Part shown: in pieces, positions 29,437-38,621 of the stretch | Numbering within the stretch: position 1 is the first letter of the stretch | How the letters are laid out: every line of letters starts with the position of its first letter | From: Dehalococcoidia bacterium | Lineage (GTDB): Bacteria; Chloroflexota; Dehalococcoidia; CAUJGQ01 | Direction of reading: 5' to 3' | Assembly (NCBI GenBank): GCA_038325665.1 | Contig: JBBQJF010000003.1 | Location: forward strand, 1 to 44,961 | Length of the DNA: 44,961 nucleotides | The notes under the pieces: generated by a model | Database searches by the model: none | What the model saw: only the letters and a program-made list of their open reading frames with translations | Told to the model about the DNA's origin: nothing | Translations under genes and position numbers: made by a program

Positions 29437-29916
29437 ATGAAAGCGCTCGTGATTTACGACTCCAAGTTCGGCCACACGGAACAGATCGCGCGGGCGGTCG
29501 GCGACACGCTCGCGCAAGAGTTCACCGTTACGGTCGTCTCCGCCGCCGAGGCAGCGCCGCTGCCGCCGGAGATTGATCTGCTGGTCATCGGCGGGCCAAC
29601 GCACGCCCATGGCGCGAGTGAGCCCATGGACGCTCTGCTCGACACCCTCGGACAGGGCGCGCTCGTCGGTGTGGCGGCCGCGGCCTTCGACACCCGCTTC
29701 CAAATGCCGCGCTGGCTCTCCGGCTCGGCCGCCAGGGTGATCACCAAGCACTTGCTTCAGGCGGGCTGCACGATGGTCCTGCCACCGGAGAGCTTCTTCG
29801 TGGAGCGCACGGACGACGCGGCGCTGCTGCCGGGCGAGTTGGAGCGGGCGTCCACTTGGGCGCGGGCCGTGCTGGCGGCCACCCCGCGACCGGTCGCCGG
29901 CCGGCCGAACCGTTGA
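29437..29916 (+). CDS. Flavodoxin family protein
   Basis: MKALVIYDSKFGHTEQIA, IGGPTH, AAAFDTR, PESFFV..GELERA. Confidence 0.9.
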   Translation: MKALVIYDSKFGHTEQIARAVGDTLAQEFTVTVVSAAEAAPLPPEIDLLVIGGPTHAHGASEPMDALLDTLGQGALVGVAAAAFDTRFQMPRWLSGSAARVITKHLLQAGCTMVLPPESFFVERTDDAALLPGELERASTWARAVLAATPRPVAGRPNR

Positions 29917-30186
29917 GAAACGCTTGAGGGCGGCGCATCACCACAGCGGACGCGGCCGGTCCCGGCATGAGGTAGCCCTCCACCTGCTGACTCCGCATCT
30001 CAGCAACAAGACATCGCGACGCCGCGGGGCATCGCCTCATTCCAACGCGCATCCCGCCCGTTGAACACCGGCGGCTGGACCGGCGGCCTCCGACGCTGCT
30101 CCACCACCGGTCTCATCCCAATATGCCGTTGTGCGCGGCCGGCCGGCGCATCTGTCTGAGGTTGCCCCACAACGCTTGTCTCTTCC

Positions 30187-30221
30187 TGCCTGACAGCGGA
30201 TCCGCGCCGGGCCATGAAGAT
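30187..30221 (+). promoter_or_regulatory. Island promoter motif copy 10 (TGCCTGACAGCG-N17-GAAGAT), upstream of nirK
   Basis: 10/12 match; partial inverted half (ATCTGTC...) at 30150-30161, 25 bp upstream. Confidence 0.55.
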
Positions 30222-30297
30222 GTTGGCATATCGCGACAGGATCGTATCGACAACCAACATCGTTCCGATGAACGCCGCGCTGCCAGGAGGGACTGTC

Positions 30298-31713
30298 ATG
30301 GCTATCGCAACCCGCCAAACTGCTCCGCACCAGGGCGCCCGCCGCCCGGCCGGCTGGACCGTTCTCGCGGTGCTCGGCATCCTCGCGCTGGTCTGGGCTA
30401 CCCTCGCTGTCCAGGCCGCGATCATGGGCGAGCGCCAGGACAGCCGCAACGCCGAGGTCCAGAAACAGATCTCGGCGATCACGACGGCCGCGCCGGCGAA
30501 GGCCGCGGCGCTGCCGGTCGAGGTCTCCGATCAGGCGAAGGCTCAGCCATTCGACGCCACGCTGGCGCCGGCCTCTACGGCGCCGGTCAAGGACATCACT
30601 CTTACGGCCACGGACAGGACCGTGGTCGGCATCGCCAAGGATGTCAACTTCCGGGGCTGGAGCTTCGGCGATACCGTGCCGGGGCGCCCAGTTCATGTCC
30701 GCCAGGGAGACACAATCAACTTTACCCTGGTCAACAACGGCGCTATGGGCCACGGCATGGACTTCCACGCCGCCTCAATCGACCCCGGCGCCAATTTCAA
30801 GGTCGTGCTGCCGGGTCAGTCGTTCAGCTTTAGCTGGAAGGCCGAGAGCCCCGGCGTGTTCATGTTCCATTGCAGCGCCGGTCCCGTACTTGAGCACATC
30901 GCGAACGGCATGTACGGCGCCATCATCGTCGACCCATCCACGCCGCTGCCGCCGGCGCGCGAGTACGCGCTCGTACAGTCCGAGTTCTACGTCGGGAAGA
31001 AGGGCGAGGCCTACACCGGCGATATGGACAAGATGCTGGCGGGTACGCCAGACTACGCGGTGTTCAACGGCATGGTCAATCAGTACCGTGAACACCCGCT
31101 CACCGCCAACCCGGGCGAGCCGATCCGGCTGTACGTGGTCAACGCCGGCCCCAACCAAACCAGCGCCTTCCACGTCATCGGCACAGTCTTCAGCGCGGTG
31201 TACCCGGACGGTAACCTGGCGAACAAACTCACCGGTGTCTCCACGTTCAATATCGCTCCCGGCGGCGCCGCCATGTTCGAGCTGACCATCCCGGCGGCGG
31301 GCACCTATCCGTTCGTCACGCACTCCTTCGCCGATGCGTCCAAGGGTGCGGTCGGCGTGATTCAGGTTGGTACACCGGCCGTGGCCGCGACCGACGTGCA
31401 CGACATGAGCGGCCGGACGGCCGTGGCCGCGACGAAACTGGACGTGACGGCGACAGACAACAAGTTCAACCAGGTCCAGATCACCGCCAAGGTCGGCGAG
31501 CCGACCACCATCACCCTTGCCAATAAGGGCAGCGCCCTACACAACCTGCGCGTGCAGGGGTTGGCGGGCACGGATGGCAAGGACGTGCAGACGGCACTGA
31601 TCGGCGGCGGCCAAACCGCGAGCGTCACGTTCACGCCGGACAAGGCCGGAACCTACAAGTTCGTGTGCGACGTGCACCCAGTGGAGATGGTTGGGACGCT
31701 GACCGTCAAGTAG
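30298..31713 (+). CDS. nirK: Copper-containing nitrite reductase, membrane-anchored, with extra C-terminal cupredoxin domain
   Basis: HGMDFHAA (T1 His, catalytic Asp, T2 His), FHCSAGPVLEHIANGM, SAFHVIG (catalytic His), YPFVTHS; C-terminal HNL...CDVHPVEM type-1 Cu site; AGGAGG RBS at 30298. Confidence 0.88.
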   Translation: MAIATRQTAPHQGARRPAGWTVLAVLGILALVWATLAVQAAIMGERQDSRNAEVQKQISAITTAAPAKAAALPVEVSDQAKAQPFDATLAPASTAPVKDITLTATDRTVVGIAKDVNFRGWSFGDTVPGRPVHVRQGDTINFTLVNNGAMGHGMDFHAASIDPGANFKVVLPGQSFSFSWKAESPGVFMFHCSAGPVLEHIANGMYGAIIVDPSTPLPPAREYALVQSEFYVGKKGEAYTGDMDKMLAGTPDYAVFNGMVNQYREHPLTANPGEPIRLYVVNAGPNQTSAFHVIGTVFSAVYPDGNLANKLTGVSTFNIAPGGAAMFELTIPAAGTYPFVTHSFADASKGAVGVIQVGTPAVAATDVHDMSGRTAVAATKLDVTATDNKFNQVQITAKVGEPTTITLANKGSALHNLRVQGLAGTDGKDVQTALIGGGQTASVTFTPDKAGTYKFVCDVHPVEMVGTLTVK

Positions 31714-32011
31714 CGGCGACCACTCTGACATGCACGGGGTGCGCCCGCGCATCGCGGCACATCCCGGACTATTATCGCGCGACGGCAGGCGGCTAGAACG
31801 GGGTCGCCTGCCGTCGCGCCGTGACGTCCACCCGAGTCCGTGCAGGCGGTTTTCGTCGCACCTACGGCAGACCGCTACGCCGGCGGGTATCGTCCCGCGT
31901 CCATGCGGACGCTGCCCCACAAACACCGGCCGGCCGCCATGCGACGCTCGGCCTGGATGTGACCGCCTCACACGCGACCGTGGAGCCGATAGCGCGAAAG
32001 GTGTCTATGGC

Positions 32012-32533
32012 ATGGCAGGTGTATCGACATCTCACACTTCTCAGGGACCGCGCGGAAGGAGCGACGCCAAACCCCTTCGACCAACCCCGATGCAACCGAA
32101 CGTACCGGCGCAGGCGGGCCGCATCATCGTGGCACTCTACTTCATGGTCATGGCCCTCGGCGTCAATGGCCTCTACCTCCTGCGTCACCCTGAGGCGTAC
32201 GACGCCATCGCCGATCTCGCGGTTTTGGCCCCCTACCAGTGGCTGCTACGCGAGGTCATCCGGCCGCTGGCTACCCCATTCACGCTGCTGCTGATTGCCT
32301 TCGAGCTGGCGGTAGCGCTGCTCGTCCTAAGCAAGGGCGTGGCGGTGAGGCTCGGGCTGATCGCCGGCATCGTCTTTCAGCTCGCCGTCATCCCCGGTGT
32401 GGCCGCGTACGGGCTGGTGAACCTGCCGGTGGTCGCCGCGCAAGCGCTGCTGTTGCGGACGACCTTCGACCGCTCGGTGATCGATCTCGTCCGCGATGGC
32501 TCGCACCGTGATGGAGCGCACCAGCGCGCCTAG
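32012..32533 (+). CDS. Hypothetical membrane protein (DoxX-like)
   Basis: About 4 hydrophobic helices, LLIAFELAVALLVL; start uncertain (32012 or 32090). Confidence 0.65.
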   Translation: MAGVSTSHTSQGPRGRSDAKPLRPTPMQPNVPAQAGRIIVALYFMVMALGVNGLYLLRHPEAYDAIADLAVLAPYQWLLREVIRPLATPFTLLLIAFELAVALLVLSKGVAVRLGLIAGIVFQLAVIPGVAAYGLVNLPVVAAQALLLRTTFDRSVIDLVRDGSHRDGAHQRA

Positions 32534-32568
32534 CCGGACGGGTGTCGCCCCACACCGATCGAGGAGGA

Positions 32569-32604
32569 TGCCCGCTACAGAAACCGGCCGGTCCGCACCA
32601 CGAT
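32569..32604 (+). promoter_or_regulatory. Degenerate island promoter motif copy 11 (TGCCCGctacag-N18-CACGAT)
   Basis: Only the 5' half matches, but the spacing to the -10-like hexamer is identical. Confidence 0.4.
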
Positions 32605-32688
32605 GGTATCGGAAGCCGGATGTCGTGCGGTTCGTAATCGAATGAACGAGCACGCCGGGGGGTTAGGTGTTCTCAAGGGAGGATTGCT

Positions 32689-33612
32689 ATGTTTAAACGC
32701 ATGATCATCCTACTCGTCATCGTCCTGGGGCTGGCGCCCGCGGCGGTGCTTGCCCAGAGCGCCACCAGTGGGGAGCCGTACGACACGTTGATCCGCGTCA
32801 ATGGCCCCGTCCACGTTCGCGCGGGCGAAACCGCCCAGGGCGTGATCGTCATCAGCGATAACGCCGTGATCGACGGCACGGTCGACTTTCTCGTGGTCAT
32901 CGACGGCAACGCCACCATCACCGGGACGGTCGAACGTCAGGTCTACGTCGTCAACGGCGCCGTCACCCTCACGGAGAGCGCGCGGGTCGGGGAGCAAGTC
33001 CTGCTGTACAAGTCCGAAGCGATCGAAGAGCCGGGCGCGACCGTCGTGGGCGGCGTCCACCAGGAATGGGGTGGCTTCAATGTTGGTCGCGGCGTCTTCT
33101 TCGGCTTCTGGCTGAGCATGACCGTCGCCGTCGCGGCGGCGGGGCTGCTGTTCGCGGCCTTCGGCGCACGCCAGTTGCGCGGCGCCGCCACCGCGTTCAC
33201 CGGCCAGGTTGGACCGACGCTGCTGACGGCGCTGATCATCTTCATCGCCGTGCCGGCGGTCGCGGTACTCGTGATGGTCACGGGGATCGGCATCCCGCTA
33301 GGGCTGGGCATCTTGTTCTTCCTGCTGCCGGCGCTGTGGTTCCTCGGCTACCTGGTAGCCGGGGCCGCGGTGGGCACGGCCATCTTCAAGACGCGCGCTG
33401 CAGCGGTTGAGCATCCTTACCTGCCGGTGCTGTTGGGGCTGCTCATCTTCCAGGTGATCGCTCTCGTCCCGTTCATCGGCGGGACGGTCGCCTTCGTCGC
33501 CGGCCTCGTTGGCGCCGGAGCGCTGGGCTACCGGACGTGGGCCGCGTTCCGTGGCACGACCACCGGTCAGACGGCCACGACCGCGACACCCACGCCGATG
33601 TCGCCGGCGTAG
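32689..33612 (+). CDS. Membrane protein with exported bactofilin-like beta-helix domain
   Basis: Signal peptide (..AVLA-QS), repeated V-x-I/V-x-G-N/A-x-I-x-G-T-V strands, about 5 C-terminal TM helices; GGAGG RBS. Confidence 0.8.
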   Translation: MFKRMIILLVIVLGLAPAAVLAQSATSGEPYDTLIRVNGPVHVRAGETAQGVIVISDNAVIDGTVDFLVVIDGNATITGTVERQVYVVNGAVTLTESARVGEQVLLYKSEAIEEPGATVVGGVHQEWGGFNVGRGVFFGFWLSMTVAVAAAGLLFAAFGARQLRGAATAFTGQVGPTLLTALIIFIAVPAVAVLVMVTGIGIPLGLGILFFLLPALWFLGYLVAGAAVGTAIFKTRAAAVEHPYLPVLLGLLIFQVIALVPFIGGTVAFVAGLVGAGALGYRTWAAFRGTTTGQTATTATPTPMSPA

Positions 33613-33627
33613 CCCGCGCGTCCATCG

Positions 33628-33674
33628 GTCGAGTCGCCCGAGTTCACTCTCAGAACGGACTCGGGCGGCCCGAC
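33628..33674 (+). other. Intergenic 18-bp stem-loop
   Basis: GTCGAGTCGCCCGAGTTC pairs with GGACTCGGGCGGCCCGAC (1 mismatch, 2 G-U); no U-tract. Confidence 0.6.
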
Positions 33675-33707
33675 TCGCTCACGACTCGCCACAGACGGGG
33701 GGTCATC

Positions 33708-36185
33708 ATGACCAAGCACACATCAACGCTCAGGGCGCCACCAACAATCGTCGCACCGTGGCGGCAGCTCAGCTCCGCCACGGTGGCGCGTGCAACACTC
33801 GTCATCGCGCTGATCGCGGCAGTCTGGGTCGCGACGCTGCCGATGACGCGCACTCCCGATGTCGTGCCCGCCACGGCTTCCGCCACGTTGTTCTCGGGCG
33901 AGCGGGCGATGGCGCACCTGCGCGTCGTGGCGGCCGAGCCGCACCCGTTGGCCTCACCAGAGCACGCGAACGTCGTGGACTATATCACCGGCCGGCTTGC
34001 CGCGCTGGGCATCGACACCGACGTTCAGACGACCATCGCCGTCAGGCCCGATTACGAGGGCGCGGACGGTTTCGTCAATGCCGCACGCTTGCAGAACATC
34101 GTCGCGCGTATTCCTGGCGCGAACAGTACCGGTGCGGTGCTGCTCGCCAGCCACTATGACTCGATGCCCACATCGAACAACGCCGCCGATGGCGGCATCG
34201 GCGTCGCGGCGGTGCTGGAAACGGCCCGCGCCCTACGCGCCGGACCGCCGCTCGCGAACGACATCATCCTGTTCTTCGGCGACGGCGACGCCACCATGAC
34301 ACTCGGGGAGAGGGCCTTCCAGCAACATCCGTGGTTCAAGGACATCCGCCTCGGCTTCGAGCTGGAGGCGGCGCCCAAGGGCGCGAGCGCGATCGCCTTC
34401 GCCGGGCAGGGCAGCCCGGATCGCACCGGACCCATCGTCCCCTACCTCGAGTCGGACAACGGCTGGTACCTACGCGAGGCACTCAAGGTCGTGCCCCATC
34501 CATTCGTGATGATGGCGCTGAACGACTTCCCCATCCACGCGTCGTCGCTATTTTCCATCATGATCGACACCGATATCGCGGGTGTCGGGTTCGTCCAGTT
34601 CGGGGGCGGCGAGGCCTACCACACGCTGCTTGATAATCCCGACCGGATCCATCCGGCCAGTATCCAGCAGAGCGGCGACTACTTCCTCGCGCTGGCCCGC
34701 CACTTCGGCGACATGCGCATCGACGAACAGCGCACCGCGCCGCAACTGATCGCCTTCAGCGTCTGGCCCGGCGTCGTGGTCCACTACCCCGCGACGTGGG
34801 CGGCGCCCATCGCGGGGCTGCTCGTGCTGCTCTTCGGCGCGGTCCTCGCGGCCGGCATCCGGCGCCGGCGGCTGGCGGCCGGCGGTATGCTGACCGGCCT
34901 CGGCCTGTTCATCGCGAGCCTGATTGCCGTGCTGCTCGTGACGGCGCTGGCATGGGTGCTGGCCAGCGCGCTTAATCCCGTCTATCGGGTACACATGACC
35001 CGCGGCTATTACGGGCTGGACTGGCGCTTGGCCTCATTCGTGGCGCTGACGGTCGCGACGGCAGCAACGCTCTACCTGGGCGCGCGGCGAGTCATCCCAG
35101 CGGCGCGCCACGATCAGAGCGTCTCGGGGGGAGCGCTCATTCTGCCCGTGTTGCTGGCCGCCGTCAGCAGCCTGGCGCTACCGACGCCGAGCTATCTGCT
35201 CGTGTGGCCAGCCTTCGCCGGGGTGCTTTTGCTCGGTGGGAACGTGATCTTCCCGGCGCGGGCCGCGCGGCCATGGATGCGCGCGGGCACGCTGACGGCG
35301 ACCGCCCTCGTACCACTGGTGCTATTCACGCCCGTGCTCTACGCCCTGTTCCCGGCGCTGGCGCCGCTCGGCGCTGGCATGCCGGTCTCGCCGGCGGTCG
35401 CGGTATTCGCCGTTGTGGCGCTGCTGCTAGGTGTGCTCGTACCGCATCTCCAATTCCTGGGTGGTGAACGGCGCTGGACCGTACCTGCCGGATTCGCGGC
35501 GCTGGCAGTGGTATTCCTGGCGGGCGAGCTGGTCAACAGCCGGTTCAGCGCTGACCAGCCGCGGCCGAATCAGATCCAATACACGTTGGATGCCGGCAGC
35601 GGCCAAGCTGTTTGGCAAAGCACCGCGACCGAGCCGGACGGCTGGACGGAGCAGTTCTTCGCCGGGGGCTATGCCAAGGGGAAGGATGTCTTCTCACCCG
35701 CGTACTACTTCGACCAGGAGTTCGGTGTGATCCGGTCGCCTGCCCCCGCGCTCGACCTACCCGCGCCGCGACTGACGGTGCTGGAGGACACGATAGCAGA
35801 CGGCCTGCGCACACTGCGCCTTCGCCTAAGTTCGCCGCGAGGTGCGTACGCCGCGCACATGGACCTGCAATTGCCCGGAGACCTCATCGCCGCGACACTC
35901 TCGGGACAGTCGGTGGTGGTCGCCACCGGCCCGACGAACGACAACTACGTCATCCCGGCCGGGACACGGCGCTTTCCGCTGATGGTGCACAACCTGCCGG
36001 TGGAAGGGCTGGAGATCATACTCGTGGTGCGCGCCACCGGCCGGATCGGCGTCGCACTGCAAGACTTCTCGAACGGGCTGCCGGATGTCCCCGGCATGAC
36101 AATCACGCCGCGTCCGCCCGCGTATATGCCGGCCCCGTACGACTTCCGCGACCCGACCGTCGTGCGTACGGCGTTCGAGCTGTAG
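33708..36185 (+). CDS. M28 family membrane peptidase (ERMP1/Pff1-like) with atypical active site
   Basis: FSGERAMAHL, NIVARIPG, SHYDS, AAD, YHT..D, multi-TM region; the canonical DGEE reads DGDA. Confidence 0.85.
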   Translation: MTKHTSTLRAPPTIVAPWRQLSSATVARATLVIALIAAVWVATLPMTRTPDVVPATASATLFSGERAMAHLRVVAAEPHPLASPEHANVVDYITGRLAALGIDTDVQTTIAVRPDYEGADGFVNAARLQNIVARIPGANSTGAVLLASHYDSMPTSNNAADGGIGVAAVLETARALRAGPPLANDIILFFGDGDATMTLGERAFQQHPWFKDIRLGFELEAAPKGASAIAFAGQGSPDRTGPIVPYLESDNGWYLREALKVVPHPFVMMALNDFPIHASSLFSIMIDTDIAGVGFVQFGGGEAYHTLLDNPDRIHPASIQQSGDYFLALARHFGDMRIDEQRTAPQLIAFSVWPGVVVHYPATWAAPIAGLLVLLFGAVLAAGIRRRRLAAGGMLTGLGLFIASLIAVLLVTALAWVLASALNPVYRVHMTRGYYGLDWRLASFVALTVATAATLYLGARRVIPAARHDQSVSGGALILPVLLAAVSSLALPTPSYLLVWPAFAGVLLLGGNVIFPARAARPWMRAGTLTATALVPLVLFTPVLYALFPALAPLGAGMPVSPAVAVFAVVALLLGVLVPHLQFLGGERRWTVPAGFAALAVVFLAGELVNSRFSADQPRPNQIQYTLDAGSGQAVWQSTATEPDGWTEQFFAGGYAKGKDVFSPAYYFDQEFGVIRSPAPALDLPAPRLTVLEDTIADGLRTLRLRLSSPRGAYAAHMDLQLPGDLIAATLSGQSVVVATGPTNDNYVIPAGTRRFPLMVHNLPVEGLEIILVVRATGRIGVALQDFSNGLPDVPGMTITPRPPAYMPAPYDFRDPTVVRTAFEL

Positions 36186-36289
36186 CAGGCCGGATAGGTG
36201 ATCGCGCGGCACTCCCATGTCGAGTGACTGGTTCGGTGGATGGCGAGCGCCCGGCTCGCCATCCACCTTTCGTCCGAGGGAGGCCATCA

Positions 36290-37665
36290 ATGAAGCTCAT
36301 CGCAAGGCTGCTCGGTTGCTTCACCGCGGGCATGGCGGGACTATTCTTCGTCCGCATCACGTCGCCCCGTGCATCAATCCTGACCGCCCCGAAGCTGCTC
36401 GCCGCAGCGTTGTCTCGATATCTCATCGTGGCAAGCAGTGGCGCCGTCGTTCTCGGACTGGTCGTGCGGTCACGGCTCGCGGTTCTCACCGGAGTGGTTG
36501 GGGCGCTGGCGGCGACCCGCTACGTCCACCGCGTGACGGCCCCGCACGACGGATTCGCGCGAGCCTTCGGTCGGAATTGGGAGCGCGACCTATCACCAGA
36601 CCTCGCGCAACGGATGTTGCCCACCCGCGGAGGGTGGCGGCTGCCGTCAGTGCCGGACCCGCGCTGGGAGCGCGACGTACCATTTTGGACAATCCCCGGA
36701 ACCGACCGCCGCCTGCTCTGTGATCTCTGGCGGCCACCAGCCGTGGCGCCCCCACCGGCGTGGCGTTCATCTACCTACATGGCGGCGGCTGGCATTACCT
36801 CGACAAGGACTTCGGCACACGTCCCTGGTTCCGCCACCTCGCCGCGCAGGGGCATGTCGTGATGGATGTCGCCTATCGCCTCTGCCCCGAGGTCGATCTC
36901 GCTGGCATGGTAGGCGATGTGAAACGGGCGATCGCCTGGATGAAGTGCAATGCTGCCCGCCTTGGCGTCGACCCCGAACGGGTTGTGATCGCCGGCGGCT
37001 CGGGTGGCGGTCACCTTGCCCTGCTTGCCGCGTACACCCCGGGCCTGCCGGCATTGACCCCGGACGAACTCACGGGCGCTAACACCGGGGTGCGCGCGGT
37101 GGCGTCCTTTTACGGCACGGACGTGCGGGCCTACTATCATCACGCCGGTCGGGTGCAGGCGCGCGGCGCGCTCACACGGGTGAGTGACGATGAGGATGAG
37201 AACCGCTTCGCCAATCTGACAACCTGGATGACGCGCAAGGTGCTGCGCGCACCGCTCGGAAAGACATTCACGCACGACGAAATGATGCGGAACCTGATGG
37301 GTGGTTCTCCGGACGAGGCGCCGGCCACTTACGATCTCGCCTCACCGTTCACGTATGCCGGTCCGACCTGTCCACCGACCCTGCTGCTGCACGGGGAGCA
37401 CGACTGCTACATGCCGGTGGAATCTGCCCGGGATCTGGTGCGGCGGTTGACCGCCGCGGGCGTCCCGGCGCTGTGCGTCGAGTTTCCACAAACCGAGCAC
37501 GCCTTTGATGTGGCGTTGGGGCCGCTGTCCCAGCACTCACCGCCGGCTCGCGCGGCGATGTATGACGTCGACCGCTTCCTCGCGCTGATGGCGGTGCTAC
37601 CCGCCAACGCCGGACGCACCAGGCGAGCGGCTGAACCCCTGCACACCGGCCGAGCGCGTCGGTGA
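36290..37665 (+). pseudogene. Frameshifted membrane-anchored alpha/beta hydrolase (HSL/BD-FAE-like esterase)
   Basis: MKLIARLL...ERDVPFWTIPGTDRRLLCDLWRPP (GGAGG RBS, ATG 36290) joins AFIYLHGGGW..GGSGGG..LLLHGEHD..EHAFD in another frame at ~36750 (C5 run); may be a sequencing error. Confidence 0.8.
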
Positions 37666-37819
37666 CCCGACCGTCGTGCGTATCGCGGGCGACCTCGCCG
37701 CCAGAGTGTGCGACGTGCAAGTGGCGCCGTCCGACAGATACCTGACAATCCCACCTGATCACACGGCTCGTCCGCCGCGACCGACCGGCGGATGTTTACC
37801 CGCTCACACGGGAGAACAC

Positions 37820-38010
37820 CAAGGGGTAGCACGACGTGAAACGTGCTGCCACGTCCGGGAATGCTCTCGGTCCAGATGCGGTCGCCATGCCCCTCGACCA
37901 TCCCCCGGCAGATGAACGACCCGAGGGCGTTACCCCAAGAATTTTCGATCTCAACGTTCGTGCCGCGATGGAAACAGGTCGACAATATGCGGCAAATCGA
38001 CTGCCGCGAC
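37820..38010 (-). pseudogene. Degenerate histidine kinase HATPase_c C-terminal remnant
   Basis: DLPHIVDLF in one frame joins FHRGTNV...GNALGSFICRGMVEGHGDRIWTESIPGRGSTFHVVLPL in another; G2 box decayed, no N-terminus. Confidence 0.7.
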
Positions 38011-38148
38011 GAAGGACAGAACATAGACCAGCGATAGCCACGCCGGCAATGAGGGCGGCACGGCAGGCAGGCCGATCACCGCGGGCGCTAGACCGATCTC
38101 GGCCGCGCGCATCACCCAACACGTATCCTCCACACGGGAGGTCGGACG

Positions 38149-38457
38149 TTACGCCGGCTCGGCGCGCTCATACCAGGCGCCACGGCGATGAAGGAGGGTG
38201 AGCAGCCGCCCGTCGGCCAGTTCCACATGAAGCCGGCGACCGTCAAGGGTCAGTGCCATCGAGCGCGGATCGGGCGCGGGCGGCTCGTGCACGGCCACCA
38301 CGCGCAGTCGCCGTCCGTCGTACGTCACCCACCGCGGTGTCCCGGCCGGATAGGCCGCGACCGGGATCGGGTGCGCCCGCGGCGCCGCGCCACGGAAGGT
38401 TACTGACGCGGGGGACGGCGTATCCGCGACAGCGCGAACCGGTGCTGCAGTAACCAT
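38149..38457 (-). CDS. Small SOS-associated protein, DUF6504-like
   Basis: P.PV....GTPRWVTYDGRRLRVVAV...HVELADGRLLTLLHRRGAWY resembles the domain found at the end of, or next to, ImuB-type Y-polymerases; GAGGAGG RBS. Confidence 0.7.
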   Translation of the reverse strand: MVTAAPVRAVADTPSPASVTFRGAAPRAHPIPVAAYPAGTPRWVTYDGRRLRVVAVHEPPAPDPRSMALTLDGRRLHVELADGRLLTLLHRRGAWYERAEPA

Positions 38458-38518
38458 TGTACCCTCCTCGCCCGTCCCCGGTCGCACGTCCACCGCGCTC
38501 AACCACGTCAGGCATCAC

Positions 38519-38563
38519 AGAACTCTTGTTCTCTTATATAGAACACTCGTTCGGAGCTGTCAA
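38519..38563 (-). promoter_or_regulatory. Sigma70-type promoter overlapped by two LexA (SOS) boxes
   Basis: TTGACA(38563-38558)-N17-TATATA(38540-38535); AGAAC-TCTT-GTTCT at 38519-38532 and GAAC-ACTC-GTTC at 38541-38552. Confidence 0.85.
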
Positions 38564-38621
38564 GAGGCCGCCGCGGATCGGAGTTCCCGCGCGGCGCAAA
38601 AAACTCCTCCGCGAATGACAT

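Noticed and set aside
35612-36289. N-terminal part of the 416-aa ORF
   Set aside because: Out-of-frame overlap with the M28 gene; only the part from ATG 36290 is coding
37728-37750. GTCCGACAGAT / TACCTGACAATC as further island promoters
   Set aside because: Partial matches, no nAnnnT at 18 bp and no intact gene downstream
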